NCBI GenBank assembly: GCA_018304425.1
Contig: JAGVWE010000002.1
Coordinates: forward strand, 352,001 to 416,000
DNA from: Candidatus Iainarchaeum sp.
GTDB taxonomy: Archaea; Iainarchaeota; Iainarchaeia; Iainarchaeales; UBA10219
Reading direction: 5' to 3'
DNA: 64,000 nucleotides
Part shown: positions 17,864 through 28,199 of the stretch, one piece after another
How the letters are laid out: each line of letters begins with the position of its first letter
Numbering within the stretch: position 1 is the first letter of the stretch
Made by a program: the position numbers and the translations under genes
Notes under the pieces: generated by a model
What the model saw: only the letters and a program-made list of their open reading frames with translations
The model's database searches: none
Told to the model about the DNA's origin: nothing

Positions 17864-19117
17864 TTAATACCCGCGCAACTCGGCCGCTTTCCGCATCTTC
17901 TGCAAGGCATAGACGTAGGCCGCTGTCCGCATGTCGATTTTGTGCTCTTTTTTCACGGCCCAGATGTCCTTGAAGCTGTTATTGATCTGCTTTTTCAGCA
18001 AGTCGAAGACGTAGTCCTGGGTCCAGTAGAAGCCCATGCGGTTCTGCACCCACTCCAAGTAGGAAACATAGACTCCGCCGGAGTTGGCGAGGATGTCCGG
18101 GACCACGACTGTGCCCTTCTTGTGCAGGATTTCGTCGGCTTCCGGGGTGGTGGGGCCATTCGCCAGTTCCACGATGAGCTTGGCCTTGACCTTGGCCGCA
18201 TTGGCCTTTGTAATCTGGTTCTCCAAGGCGCAGGGGAACAATACATCGACCGGCAATTCCAGGAGCTCCTCGTTGGATATCTTCTTGGCCTTGCCGAAGC
18301 CGACCACGGAACCCTTTTTTTCCTTGAATGCAATGACTTCCGGAATGTTCAAGCCATTGGAGTCATGGATGCCGCCCTTGGAGTCTGACACGGCAACCAC
18401 TTTGAAACCGTGGTCGTGACATATTTTGGCGATGAACATGCCCGCGTTGCCGAAACCCTGCACGGCAAGGGTTGGGTTGGCGAGGCCCAGTTCGCGGAGC
18501 GCGGTCTCAAAGCAGTAGTAACCGCCCTGCGCGGTGGAGGTGCCGCGGCCGGCCGAGCCACCCAATTCGAGGGGCTTCCCGGTGATGAAGGCAGGATAAC
18601 TGCCGCGATGCAGCTTTTCGAATTCATCCAGCATCCAGGCCATGATTTGGCCGTCCGTGTAAACGTCGGGCGCGGGAATGTCCCTATCCGGGCCGATAAA
18701 GTCCACCAGCTTGTCGATGTAGGCTCTGGAAAGCCGCTCGAGTTCGCCCTTGGAGAGTTCCTTGGGGTTAACGATGATGCCCCCTTTTCCCCCGCCATAG
18801 GGGATGTTGATAACCGTGCACTTCCAGGACATCCAAAAGGCAAGAGCTTTTACCTCGTCCCTGGAAACGTTCCAGTGGTAGCGGATGCCGCCCTTGGCCG
18901 GGCCCATGAAGGTGTTGAAGTGCGCTCGATAACCCGTGAAAATCTTGAGCTTGCCGTTGTCCATGTGCACCGGGATGCTGACTTCCATCAACTCCATGGG
19001 CTGCGTGAACAAGTCAAAGTACGCTGGTTTGAGGTCAATGACCTTCGCGGCCTTCGCCAGCTGCGCGATGCCGTTATCGAACGGGTTTGAACCGGTTGCT
19101 TCCATGGCTTTTGTCAT
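17864..19117 (-). CDS. gdhA: Glutamate dehydrogenase
   Basis: GPAKGGIRY, GGGKGG, DIPAPDV, QGFGNAG, ELANGP, PDILANSGGV. Confidence 0.95.
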   Translation of the reverse strand: MTKAMEATGSNPFDNGIAQLAKAAKVIDLKPAYFDLFTQPMELMEVSIPVHMDNGKLKIFTGYRAHFNTFMGPAKGGIRYHWNVSRDEVKALAFWMSWKCTVINIPYGGGKGGIIVNPKELSKGELERLSRAYIDKLVDFIGPDRDIPAPDVYTDGQIMAWMLDEFEKLHRGSYPAFITGKPLELGGSAGRGTSTAQGGYYCFETALRELGLANPTLAVQGFGNAGMFIAKICHDHGFKVVAVSDSKGGIHDSNGLNIPEVIAFKEKKGSVVGFGKAKKISNEELLELPVDVLFPCALENQITKANAAKVKAKLIVELANGPTTPEADEILHKKGTVVVPDILANSGGVYVSYLEWVQNRMGFYWTQDYVFDLLKKQINNSFKDIWAVKKEHKIDMRTAAYVYALQKMRKAAELRGY

Positions 19118-19233
19118 TCCACCACTCCTCCAAGACACGAACTAAGGACGAATTAAGATGGGTGGGAGTAGAAGGTTCTTAAGGCTAACGGCAAACGGCT
19201 AACCAAAGCACAGCAATCGACGAAAAGCTGGAA

Positions 19234-20166
19234 TCAGGTTTCCTTGTAGTCGATGTACGCCGTTTTTCCGCGGAGAAACCTGACCACGGACAAGGCCGCC
19301 GAACAACCGTCACCAGCGGACTTCACGGCCTGCGCGTCCGCCCCGGTGCAGTCCCCGGCCGCGAAGACCCCTGGTAGGTTGGTCTGCTGGTGCGCGTCCA
19401 CCTGGATGTTCGTGCCCTGCATTTCCAGGCCCAGCTTGTTGGCAAACGCCGTTGCACCGGTGGCGCCAAAGGCAACGAAGGCGCCATCAAACTTTTCGCG
19501 CTGGTTGCCCTCGAAGAGGACGGTTTCGAGGCCCTTTTCGCCTTCGAAGGCCAGCACCTTCTCAGCCCGCATTTTCACTTGATGGGCCTTCAACTCGGCG
19601 AGCAGCTCCGGGCTCACCTCCCAGGGCCGGCCATTTGAGAAAAGGGTGAGGTCCTTTGTGTACGGCAGCAACTCGAGGGCTTCGTGGGCCGCGTAATTGG
19701 CGTGACCGATGACGCAGACCCTCTTGTCCTTGAAGAAAAAGCCGTCGCAGACCACGCAGTAGTGCACGCCCTTGCCGGTCAGACGCTGCTCGTCCTTTAT
19801 CCCGGCCAGCTTGTAGGACTTGCCGCACGCGATGATGACGGCCTTGGCTGCAAACGACTGGCGCTTGTCCGTTTCCACGAGAAAGCCCCCGCCCTCCCTG
19901 GGCTGCAGGTTGACGGCTTCCTCCTCCAAGTGGACGGCCCCATACTTCTTGCAATGGGCCAGGGAACGTTCCTGGAACTCCTTCCCCCCAACCATGTCCG
20001 GATAGGAGAGGTAATTCGCCACCTTCTCGGCCTTGGCAATGGCGGACTTGAACGGGAAGCCGAGGACCAAGGTCTTCAACTGGGCGCGCGCCGTGTAAAG
20101 CGCGGCGCCAAGCCCGGCCGGGCCCGCACCAATGATGAGGACTTCAAACGATTGGGGTTCGGACAT
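19234..20166 (-). CDS. trxB: Thioredoxin reductase-like flavoprotein
   Basis: GAGPAG, GKGVHYCVVCDG, TNLPGVFAAGD. Confidence 0.88.
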   Translation of the reverse strand: MSEPQSFEVLIIGAGPAGLGAALYTARAQLKTLVLGFPFKSAIAKAEKVANYLSYPDMVGGKEFQERSLAHCKKYGAVHLEEEAVNLQPREGGGFLVETDKRQSFAAKAVIIACGKSYKLAGIKDEQRLTGKGVHYCVVCDGFFFKDKRVCVIGHANYAAHEALELLPYTKDLTLFSNGRPWEVSPELLAELKAHQVKMRAEKVLAFEGEKGLETVLFEGNQREKFDGAFVAFGATGATAFANKLGLEMQGTNIQVDAHQQTNLPGVFAAGDCTGADAQAVKSAGDGCSAALSVVRFLRGKTAYIDYKET

Positions 20167-20172
20167 CAAAAA

Positions 20173-20406
20173 TCACGGGATTTTAAGCACGCGCTTGAGG
20201 TTGGCCTCGCTGTAGCCGACCAACACCCTTCCATCCACGTCAATGACCGGGACGCCGCTTTGCCCGGACTTCTCGACCAGCTCCTCGGCGGCCTTCTCAT
20301 CGGTTGAAACGTCTTTAACCGTGTAGGGAATGCCCTTTGAGTCCAGGAAGGCCTTGGCGTCGGCACAATAATGACAGGCCGGCGTGGAATAGATGGTTAT
20401 CTTCAC
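20173..20406 (-). CDS. Glutaredoxin/NrdH-like protein
   Basis: CHYC active site, SGQSGVPVI. Confidence 0.9.
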   Translation of the reverse strand: MKITIYSTPACHYCADAKAFLDSKGIPYTVKDVSTDEKAAEELVEKSGQSGVPVIDVDGRVLVGYSEANLKRVLKIP

Positions 20407-20456
20407 AACAAGACAGAGAAGAAAAAGTTATTTAATGGTTGGCCCAGCATGCATGC

Positions 20457-21971
20457 ATGCACCGGAAAATCCCGGCCACCATGGCCACGCAGCACCCGGA
20501 CAACGCGAACGCGCCCTACTGGAAGAAGGGCTCGGCTTTCATCAATTCCGCGGACGAATTGAGGGAATGCTACCTGAACTTCGACGATTTGGGCTGCCAG
20601 GAATACATGTGGGACTGGGAAGGCAAGTACGTGGATGAGGGCATCGTCGACAAGCTGTTGAAGGAATACTACGACTTTTTTCGCAGGAAACCACTGGGCA
20701 AGGAACGGTTCTTGACCCTGCGCATCCCCCGCATGGACGATAGACGCAACTACCCGCGGATTGCGAGGGCATTCATGACCCTGATGACGGCCGAAGACCT
20801 GGCAGCCGAACTCGGCATGAAACACATGCCGGTCTTCGAAATCATTCTGCCATTCACCCGGGAGGCGCGCACCCTCGTGAAACTGCAGAAAAAGTTCGCG
20901 CTGGCCACCAAGTTCAAGAAACAAGTGTTTACTTCCAGCAAAGCCCCCGGAGGGGACATCCAGACCATCCCCCTCATAGAAGACGTCAACAACCTAGTAG
21001 GTTCGCGGAAAATCCTGGAACAATACGTGCGCCTGCACAAGAAGGCATTTGGGCGAAAACCCGCGCACATTCGGCCGTTCATCGCCCGCTCGGACCCCGC
21101 CTTGAACGCGGGAATGATTCCCGCCACGATAGCGGCCAAGGCCGCTCTAAGCCAGTACCGGGGCTTTGCAGCGGAAAGCGGCGTGGGCATATACCCCATC
21201 ATCGGCACGGGCAGCAACCCCTTCCGCGGCAACCTCCGCCCCAACAACCTGGGAAGGTTCATGAAAGAATATGCTGGCGTGCGCACCGTGACCGTGCAGT
21301 CGGCCTTCCGCTACGACTACCCCCGCGGCATGGTGCGGAACGCGGTCAAGAAACTGAATGAAGGACTCCGAAAGGGAAAGGCCATGGCGTTCGACAAGCA
21401 AGACGTGAAGAACGTGCGCGAACTCAACCAGGTTTTTGCGCGGCACTACTTTGAGACCGTGCTCCAGATCGCGCCCGACATCAACGCGGTTTCCAGGTTC
21501 GTGCCACCCAGACGGGAACGCCTCACCCACACGGAGCGATTCGGTTATGGGCGGAAAATCGGCCGGCACCTGATGCCCCGGGTCATCCCATTTTGCGCGG
21601 CCCTGTATAGCCTGGGCGTGCCCCCGGAACTGATTGGAACCGGGCGGGGGCTGCTGGAAGCCGAGAAACGGGGGCTCCTGGACTGGCTCGAAGAAAAATA
21701 CCTGTTCCTGGCCCAGGACTTGCGGGAAGCCGGCAGCTACTTGAACCGCGAGAACCTCGAAAGCCTGGCTGGAAGGGGAAGGGGCTGGCGGAAAATCATC
21801 GAAGACGTGGAAGGCATTGAAGGCACGCTTGCCTTGAACCTGGGGCCAGCCAAGACCGAGCACTTCCTGCATAGGAACCTGACCGGCAACATCCTCCTCA
21901 AGTGGGGCGCTGGAAAACCCCTCACCGAAGAAATCGAGGAAACGGCCAGGATTAGACAGGTGCTTGGATAG
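20457..21971 (+). CDS. ppcA: Archaeal-type phosphoenolpyruvate carboxylase
   Basis: IPATMATQHPDNA, MWDWEGK, ARSDPALN, TVQSAFRYD. Confidence 0.93.
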   Translation: MHRKIPATMATQHPDNANAPYWKKGSAFINSADELRECYLNFDDLGCQEYMWDWEGKYVDEGIVDKLLKEYYDFFRRKPLGKERFLTLRIPRMDDRRNYPRIARAFMTLMTAEDLAAELGMKHMPVFEIILPFTREARTLVKLQKKFALATKFKKQVFTSSKAPGGDIQTIPLIEDVNNLVGSRKILEQYVRLHKKAFGRKPAHIRPFIARSDPALNAGMIPATIAAKAALSQYRGFAAESGVGIYPIIGTGSNPFRGNLRPNNLGRFMKEYAGVRTVTVQSAFRYDYPRGMVRNAVKKLNEGLRKGKAMAFDKQDVKNVRELNQVFARHYFETVLQIAPDINAVSRFVPPRRERLTHTERFGYGRKIGRHLMPRVIPFCAALYSLGVPPELIGTGRGLLEAEKRGLLDWLEEKYLFLAQDLREAGSYLNRENLESLAGRGRGWRKIIEDVEGIEGTLALNLGPAKTEHFLHRNLTGNILLKWGAGKPLTEEIEETARIRQVLG

Positions 21972-22084
21972 CCTGCCGGAACCCTGCTCGTCAATCGCCG
22001 TTTTCCTGGTTGACGACCAACGAAGGCTTTTAATAGGATTGGCGTTGCTTGTTATCGGCCCAGTGGGCCTGAGGTGGTGAGCCA

Positions 22085-24040
22085 ATGGCTGGACAGAGTC
22101 TAACCTACAAGATTCTCCGAGCACATTTGGTCGAGGGCGAACTGATTTCCGGCAAGGAAATCGGCGTCAAGATCGACCACACCCTGACCCAAGATGCAAC
22201 CGGCACCATGGCCTACCTCCAGTTCGAGGCCCTCCAAATCCCACGCGTCCAAACCCGCGTATCGGTTTCCTACGTTGACCACAACATGCTGCAAACCGGG
22301 TTCGAGAACGCGGACGACCACCGGTTTTTGCAAAGCGTGGCGGCCAAATACGGCATCCTCTACTCGAGACCTGGTAACGGCATCTGCCACCAGGTGCACT
22401 TGGAACGCTTTTCGGAGCCTGGCTGCACCCTGTTGGGCAGCGACTCCCACACGCCCACGAGCGGCGGCATGGGCATGGTTGCCATAGGCGCGGGCGGCCT
22501 GGACGTCGCCGTAGCCATGGGGGGCGGGGCTTTCTACTTCAAGATGCCGAAAGTGCTGGGCGTGAAACTGACCGGGAAGCTGCCGCCCTGGGTCACGGCC
22601 AAGGACGTGATACTCGAAATGCTGCGCCGGCTGACCGTGAAAGGCGGCGTGGACAAAATTATCGAGTACCACGGCCCGGGCGTAAAGAGTTTGACGGTAA
22701 CGGAAAGGGCCACCATCTCCAACATGGGCGCGGAGCTGGGCGCCACCACCAGCCTGTTCCCCAGCGACGAGAACACCAAACAATACCTAACCGCGCAGGG
22801 GCGCGCCAAGAGCTGGAAGAAATGGGAGGCGGACAAGGACGCGAAATACGATGAGGCAATAGAAATTGACCTGGGCCAGCTGGAGCCCCTGATTGCCAGG
22901 CCCCAGAGCCCGGACAACGTCGTACCCGTGAAGGCGGAGGCCGGAAAGAAGGTCGCGCAGGTCTGCGTGGGCAGCTGCACCAACTCGAGCTACAAGGACC
23001 TCATGGTCGTTGCGAAGATGTTGAAGGGAAAGAAGGTGCATCCGGACGTCTCCATGACCATAACCCCGGGAAGCCGGCAGGTATTCGAAGAGATTTCGCG
23101 CAGCGGCGCATTGACTGACCTGATTGCGGCCGGCGCCAGAATCATTGAGTCGGCCTGCGGCCCCTGCATTGGCATGGGCCAGGCCCCTCCAACCGGTGGC
23201 ATCAGCGTGCGCAGCTTCAACCGCAACTTTGCCGGCCGGAGCGGCACGCAGAACGACCTGGTTTACTTGGCGAGCCCGGAAACGGCTGCCGCATGCGCCC
23301 TCAAGGGAGTCATCGCCGACCCCCGCGAACTCGGCAAGTGCCCGAAGATAGCGGTTCCAACGAAGTTCGTCATCGACGACTCCGGCATCATCAAACCCCC
23401 CAAGGACGCGAAATCCGTGGAAATCGTGCGGGGCCCCAACATCAAGCCCCTGCCGATTGCACCCGCTGTGGAAGATCGCCTGGAAGCAGAAGTCCTGATC
23501 AAAGCCGGCGAAAACGTTACCACAGACCACATCCTGCCGGCGGGCGCAAAGATTTTGCCGCTGCGAAGCAACGTGCCTGCCATCTCCGAATTCGTGTTCT
23601 GCAACGTGGACAAGGACTTCGTCAAGCGCGCCAAGGAAAAAGGCAAGGGCCTTATCGTGGGCGGGGAAAATTATGGCCAAGGCTCTTCCAGGGAGCATGC
23701 CGCCTTGGCACCCATGTACTTGGGCGTACGGGCCGTGATTGCGAAAAATTTTGCCCGCATCCACAAGGCCAACCTCATCAATTTCGGCATAACCCCCCTG
23801 GAGTTCGAGAACGCCAAGGACTACCAGGAAGTAACGCAGGGGGATGTCCTCGAAGTCGATGGCCTCAAACAAGCCATCCTTTCCGGTAAGACCGGCATCA
23901 CGGCCAGGAACAAGTCAAAGAACAGGGAACTCAACCTGAAAATCGACTTGACGCAGAGGCTCCGGAAAATCGTGGCCGCTGGCGGACTGCTCAATTACAC
24001 GAGAAACCAGACGGTGACGGCGAAGGCCACGGTGAGGTGA
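22085..24040 (+). CDS. acn: Aconitate hydratase
   Basis: [42 protein letters not shown]. Confidence 0.93.
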   Translation: MAGQSLTYKILRAHLVEGELISGKEIGVKIDHTLTQDATGTMAYLQFEALQIPRVQTRVSVSYVDHNMLQTGFENADDHRFLQSVAAKYGILYSRPGNGICHQVHLERFSEPGCTLLGSDSHTPTSGGMGMVAIGAGGLDVAVAMGGGAFYFKMPKVLGVKLTGKLPPWVTAKDVILEMLRRLTVKGGVDKIIEYHGPGVKSLTVTERATISNMGAELGATTSLFPSDENTKQYLTAQGRAKSWKKWEADKDAKYDEAIEIDLGQLEPLIARPQSPDNVVPVKAEAGKKVAQVCVGSCTNSSYKDLMVVAKMLKGKKVHPDVSMTITPGSRQVFEEISRSGALTDLIAAGARIIESACGPCIGMGQAPPTGGISVRSFNRNFAGRSGTQNDLVYLASPETAAACALKGVIADPRELGKCPKIAVPTKFVIDDSGIIKPPKDAKSVEIVRGPNIKPLPIAPAVEDRLEAEVLIKAGENVTTDHILPAGAKILPLRSNVPAISEFVFCNVDKDFVKRAKEKGKGLIVGGENYGQGSSREHAALAPMYLGVRAVIAKNFARIHKANLINFGITPLEFENAKDYQEVTQGDVLEVDGLKQAILSGKTGITARNKSKNRELNLKIDLTQRLRKIVAAGGLLNYTRNQTVTAKATVR

Positions 24041-24044
24041 GGAC

Positions 24045-25292
24045 ATGGGATTGTTCAAAATCTATCCGGAACCGAAAGAAGGCCAAAAAATCGAGATGAA
24101 GAAGGGCAAGCTGTGGGTTCCAGACAAACCGATCATCCCCGTCATCTATGGGGATGGATCTGGGCCGGACTGCTCCAAGAACGGGATTACGGTCCTAGAC
24201 GCAGCGGTCAAGAAGGCTTACGGCGGCAGGAAGAAGATTGTCTGGTTCCCAGTGGAAGCCGGCCAGGAAGCCTTCAACAAGCGCGGGGAATGGATGCCTA
24301 CCGACACCACCACCGCCATCAAACACTACTTGGTCTCCATCAAGGGCCCCCTGGAGACTCCGGTGGGCGGGGGCCACCGAAGCCTGAACGTGGCGTTGCG
24401 CCAGGAATGCGACCTGTACTGCTGCGTGCGGCCCGTGCAATGGTTTGAAGGCGTGCCTAACCCAGTCAAGGAACCGGAGAAGCTGGACGTGGTCGTCTTC
24501 CGGGAGAACACCGAGGACGTGTACGCGGGCATCGAGTGGAAACAGGGAACCCCGGAAGCCCAGAAAATGATTGCATTCCTTGCCACCCAGATGGGGAAGA
24601 AGGTGCGCGCTGATTCCGGCATTGGCGTCAAGCCCATGAGCGCAACCGGCAGCAAGCGCCTGATTCGAGCGGCCATAAAATACGCCATCGCCAACAAGCG
24701 GAGAAGCGTTACGATGATGCACAAGGGAAACATCATGAAATTCACGGAGGGTGCCTTCAGGGAATGGGGTTATGAGGTCGCGAAGGAATTCGGCGACCAG
24801 GTGGTTACGGAACAGGAAATCGCGGAAAAGTTCGGCGGCCAGAAACCAGAAGGAAAAGTCCTAGTCAACGACCGCATCGCTGACAGCATGTTCCAGCAAA
24901 TCCTGCTCAGGCCCGGCGAATACGATGTTATCGCGACGCCCAACCTCAATGGAGACTACATCTCGGACGCAGCCGCCGCCCAAGTGGGCGGACTGGGAAT
25001 CGCGCCGGGCGGCAACATCAATTACGACACGGGCTTGGCTGTTTTTGAGGCCACGCATGGCACCGCACCCAAGTACGCGGGCCAGGACAAGGTCAACCCA
25101 GGCAGCTTCATCCTGTCCGGTGTAATGATGCTGGAATACCTGGGCTGGAAGGAAGCCGCAGCCCTGGTGAACCGCGGCTTTGCGGGGGCCATTAAAGCCA
25201 AGCGTGTCACCTACGACTTTGCCCGCCAGATGGAAGGCGCGGAAGAAGTCAAGTCCTCCGAGTTCGCACAGGAAATCATCAAGCACATGTGA
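24045..25292 (+). CDS. icd: Isocitrate dehydrogenase (NADP, IcdA type)
   Basis: [51 protein letters not shown]. Confidence 0.95.
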   Translation: MGLFKIYPEPKEGQKIEMKKGKLWVPDKPIIPVIYGDGSGPDCSKNGITVLDAAVKKAYGGRKKIVWFPVEAGQEAFNKRGEWMPTDTTTAIKHYLVSIKGPLETPVGGGHRSLNVALRQECDLYCCVRPVQWFEGVPNPVKEPEKLDVVVFRENTEDVYAGIEWKQGTPEAQKMIAFLATQMGKKVRADSGIGVKPMSATGSKRLIRAAIKYAIANKRRSVTMMHKGNIMKFTEGAFREWGYEVAKEFGDQVVTEQEIAEKFGGQKPEGKVLVNDRIADSMFQQILLRPGEYDVIATPNLNGDYISDAAAAQVGGLGIAPGGNINYDTGLAVFEATHGTAPKYAGQDKVNPGSFILSGVMMLEYLGWKEAAALVNRGFAGAIKAKRVTYDFARQMEGAEEVKSSEFAQEIIKHM

Positions 25293-25297
25293 ACCCC

Positions 25298-26515
25298 ATG
25301 AAGCTCTACGAATTCGAAGGCAAGCAGTTGCTAAAGGCCTGCGGGGTCCCGGTGCCTGAGGGACGAGTTGTTTGCAGGGCTGAAGAAATTGGGGAAATAA
25401 CTGAACCAACCATAGTCAAAGCCCAGGCCCTGTCAGGCAAGCGCGGCAAGGCCGGGCTCATCAGCCTCTGCCGGGACCAGGCGGAAACGGAAGCAGCGGC
25501 AAGGAAAGTGTCCGGGGCGGTGCACAACGGGGAAAAAATCGAAAAAGTCCTGCTTGAACAAGCCCTGCAGATAAAGGAAGAACATTATGCGTGCATAACG
25601 TATGACACGCTGACGCGGGGCCCCCTGCTTATCTTCTGCGCGCAGGGCGGCATGGACATCGAGGAAGTGAAGGAGCAGGCCCCGAAAAAAGTGGTCACGC
25701 AGCCCATTGACCTGAATTATGGATTGCAGGGCTGGCAGGCACGACAGGCACTCAGCAAGGCAGGGATTTCGGGCCTGAAAATGATCAAGCTCGCGGAATT
25801 CATCACGCGGATGTGGAACTGCTTCCAACGATACGATTGCCGGACGGTGGAAGTGAACCCACTGGTGGAAACCGAGGGCGAGGACTTGTTCGCCTGCGAC
25901 GCCAAAGTCGTCCTGGACGACGATGCGCTCTACCGGCATCCGGAGCTTGACTTTCCGCCCCGCAGCCCCGGACGCCAGCAGACCCAAAAAGAACTGCAAG
26001 CCAAGGAAATCGACAAGAACGACCACCGGGGCAGCGTGGGCAGCACGTACATCGACCTCCCGGGAGACATTGGGATCCTGGCTTCCGGAGGCGGGGCCAG
26101 CATCGTCATCATGGATGCGCTCCTGGAAGCCGGGGGCAAGCCAGCCAACTTTACGGAGTACTCGGGAAACCCACCCGGCGAAAAAGTCGAAAAACTGACC
26201 AAAATCGTGCTGGACAAACCAGGCCTGAATGGGTGCTGGGTCGTGGGCGGAACGGCGAACTTCACGGACATCTACGTCACGCTAATAGACGGGTTCCTCA
26301 AGGGCTTGCGGGAAATCAAGCCCAAGCCAGACTACCCCATAGTCATACGGCGAGGAGGGCCACGGGATGAAGAGGCATTTAAGGCCCTGCGGGAAGCGGC
26401 AGCCAGGGAAGGCTGGGACTTCCACATCTATGGGCGGGATACCTCCATGACGTCCACCGCGAAAACCTTGATGGACCTGGTTGCAGCCTACAAGAAAAAG
26501 AAGGGGTCGAAGTAG
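25298..26515 (+). CDS. ATP-citrate lyase beta / citryl-CoA synthetase large subunit
   Basis: ATP-grasp N-terminus (KLYEFEGK, GKRGKAG) plus ACL-type citrate-binding motifs GGGAS, EYSGNP, ANFTD, RRGGP. Confidence 0.8.
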   Translation: MKLYEFEGKQLLKACGVPVPEGRVVCRAEEIGEITEPTIVKAQALSGKRGKAGLISLCRDQAETEAAARKVSGAVHNGEKIEKVLLEQALQIKEEHYACITYDTLTRGPLLIFCAQGGMDIEEVKEQAPKKVVTQPIDLNYGLQGWQARQALSKAGISGLKMIKLAEFITRMWNCFQRYDCRTVEVNPLVETEGEDLFACDAKVVLDDDALYRHPELDFPPRSPGRQQTQKELQAKEIDKNDHRGSVGSTYIDLPGDIGILASGGGASIVIMDALLEAGGKPANFTEYSGNPPGEKVEKLTKIVLDKPGLNGCWVVGGTANFTDIYVTLIDGFLKGLREIKPKPDYPIVIRRGGPRDEEAFKALREAAAREGWDFHIYGRDTSMTSTAKTLMDLVAAYKKKKGSK

Positions 26516-27409
26516 ATGGCGATACTCGTGACGCAAAAGACCGTGGCCTGCGTGCAAGGGATTACGGGCAAGGAGGGAAGCAAGGCCGCCAGACAGATGC
26601 AGGCATATGGCACCAAGGTCGTGGCAGGCGTAACTCCAGGCAAGGGCGGGGAAAGCGTGGAAGGCATCCCGGTGTATGACACCATCGAACAAGCCAAACA
26701 AGCGCACCCTGAAATCAATGCCACCAGTATTTACGTCCCCCCTACGGGGGTGAAGGATGCGGCCTTCGAGGCCCTGGCCCATGGGGTTTCCCTGGTTCAC
26801 ATCTTCAGCGAAAAGGTTCCCATCATGGACGCGACGGCGCTCTATCACTTTGCACGCCTCAAGGGCGCACGCGTGGTCGGCCCCAGCTCCATCGGCATCC
26901 TGAGCCCAGGCCATGGAAAGATGGGAAGCATTGGGGGCAGCAACCCTGCGGAGACCTTCCAAAAAGGGGAGGTCGGGGTCATCTCGAAGTCGGGGGGGAT
27001 GGTACGGGAACTATCCTGGCTCTTGATGAAGGCCGGGCTTGGCAATACGACGGCCATTGGCATGGGTGGAGACGTGATTGCGGCCAGTACCTACACGGAC
27101 TACCTGGAACTGTTTGAAGCGGATCCGGAAACCAAGGCGGTTGTGCTCTTCGGGGAGCATGGAGGCACGTATGAACAGCAGGCGGCCCAGATGCTGAAAC
27201 AAAAGAAGTTCACCAAACCCCTCATCGCGTTGATTGCGGGAAAGTTCGCTGGCACGCTACCCGGCTCGGTGCAGTTGGGCCATGCGGGCGCGATCATTGA
27301 GGGTAAGTGGGGCACCACGGAAAGCAAAATAGAGGAACTCCGGAAGGCGGGGGCTCACATCGCGAAAATCCCGGATGACATACCTGATTTGGTTAAAAAG
27401 TTTGCTTAG
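26516..27409 (+). CDS. Citryl-CoA synthetase small subunit (SucD-like; N-terminal part of ACL alpha)
   Basis: QGITGKEG, VAGVTPGKGG, SKSGG, phospho-His motif GHAGA; ends without a lyase domain. Confidence 0.8.
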   Translation: MAILVTQKTVACVQGITGKEGSKAARQMQAYGTKVVAGVTPGKGGESVEGIPVYDTIEQAKQAHPEINATSIYVPPTGVKDAAFEALAHGVSLVHIFSEKVPIMDATALYHFARLKGARVVGPSSIGILSPGHGKMGSIGGSNPAETFQKGEVGVISKSGGMVRELSWLLMKAGLGNTTAIGMGGDVIAASTYTDYLELFEADPETKAVVLFGEHGGTYEQQAAQMLKQKKFTKPLIALIAGKFAGTLPGSVQLGHAGAIIEGKWGTTESKIEELRKAGAHIAKIPDDIPDLVKKFA

Positions 27410-27415
27410 CGAGAG

Positions 27416-28195
27416 ATGGATATGGAAGCAGGCGAAAAGAAGTGGAAAACCGCCATTACGGGCCACGTAAACGGCGAGCCCTACGTGCGTGGCTACAACC
27501 TGCTGGAAATGGTGGAAAAACTGCGTTTCACGAAAGCCATTTACTTGGTGCTCAAGGGAGAGTTGCCCAAGGAAAACGAGGAAAAAATGTTGAACGCCAT
27601 GCTCGTCAGCTGCATTGACCATGGCCTTGGACCCCCTAGTGTCACCGCGGCAAGGGTGGTGCTGTCCGGTGGAAACCCGTTGAATGCAGGGGTTGCCGCC
27701 GGGGTGCTTACCTTGGGAGACAGCCACGGAGGCGCGATTGAAAATTGCGCGAAGGCACTGCAGACTGCCGTTAAGAAAGGAAAACCAGTAACGGATTTGT
27801 CGAGGGAAATAGTCGAAAAAGCACGATTTAGCCGGGAGCGCATCCCGGGCTTCGGACATCGCATCTACATAACCGACCCGCGAACTGAAATCCTGCTCAA
27901 AAAAGCCAAGGAACTCGGTTACTACGGCAAGCACACGGAGTTGGCCGTGCAAATCGAGAAAGACCTGGAGAAAGCACTGGGCAAGAAACAGTGCCTGAAT
28001 GTCGATGGCTGCATTGCAGCCATCATCTCGGAAATGGGCTTCGATTACCGCTTGGGTAAGGGGTTCTTCATCATCGGCCGCGTGCCCGGTCTGGTGGCAC
28101 ACGCCTTCGAGGAAATGACGCGCGAAAAACCATTTAGAAGACTCGAAGAAGAAGAGATGGCCTACGACGGGCCGGCACCCAGAAAACTTCCTTGA
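27416..28195 (+). CDS. ccl: Citryl-CoA lyase (citrate synthase fold)
   Basis: WKTAIT, DHG, HGGA, IPGFGHR, DPR, LNVDG. Confidence 0.85.
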   Translation: MDMEAGEKKWKTAITGHVNGEPYVRGYNLLEMVEKLRFTKAIYLVLKGELPKENEEKMLNAMLVSCIDHGLGPPSVTAARVVLSGGNPLNAGVAAGVLTLGDSHGGAIENCAKALQTAVKKGKPVTDLSREIVEKARFSRERIPGFGHRIYITDPRTEILLKKAKELGYYGKHTELAVQIEKDLEKALGKKQCLNVDGCIAAIISEMGFDYRLGKGFFIIGRVPGLVAHAFEEMTREKPFRRLEEEEMAYDGPAPRKLP

Positions 28196-28199
28196 GCCA

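Noticed and set aside
16800-17867. 355-aa plus-strand ORF and other long antisense ORFs (e.g. 22787..23872, 21147..22124, 13671..14612)
   Set aside because: Shadow frames opposite well-supported genes in GC-rich DNA.
25298-27409. Succinyl-CoA synthetase sucCD
   Set aside because: The beta subunit has ACL citrate-binding motifs and is followed by citryl-CoA lyase; the SucC-type NIFGGI motif is absent.
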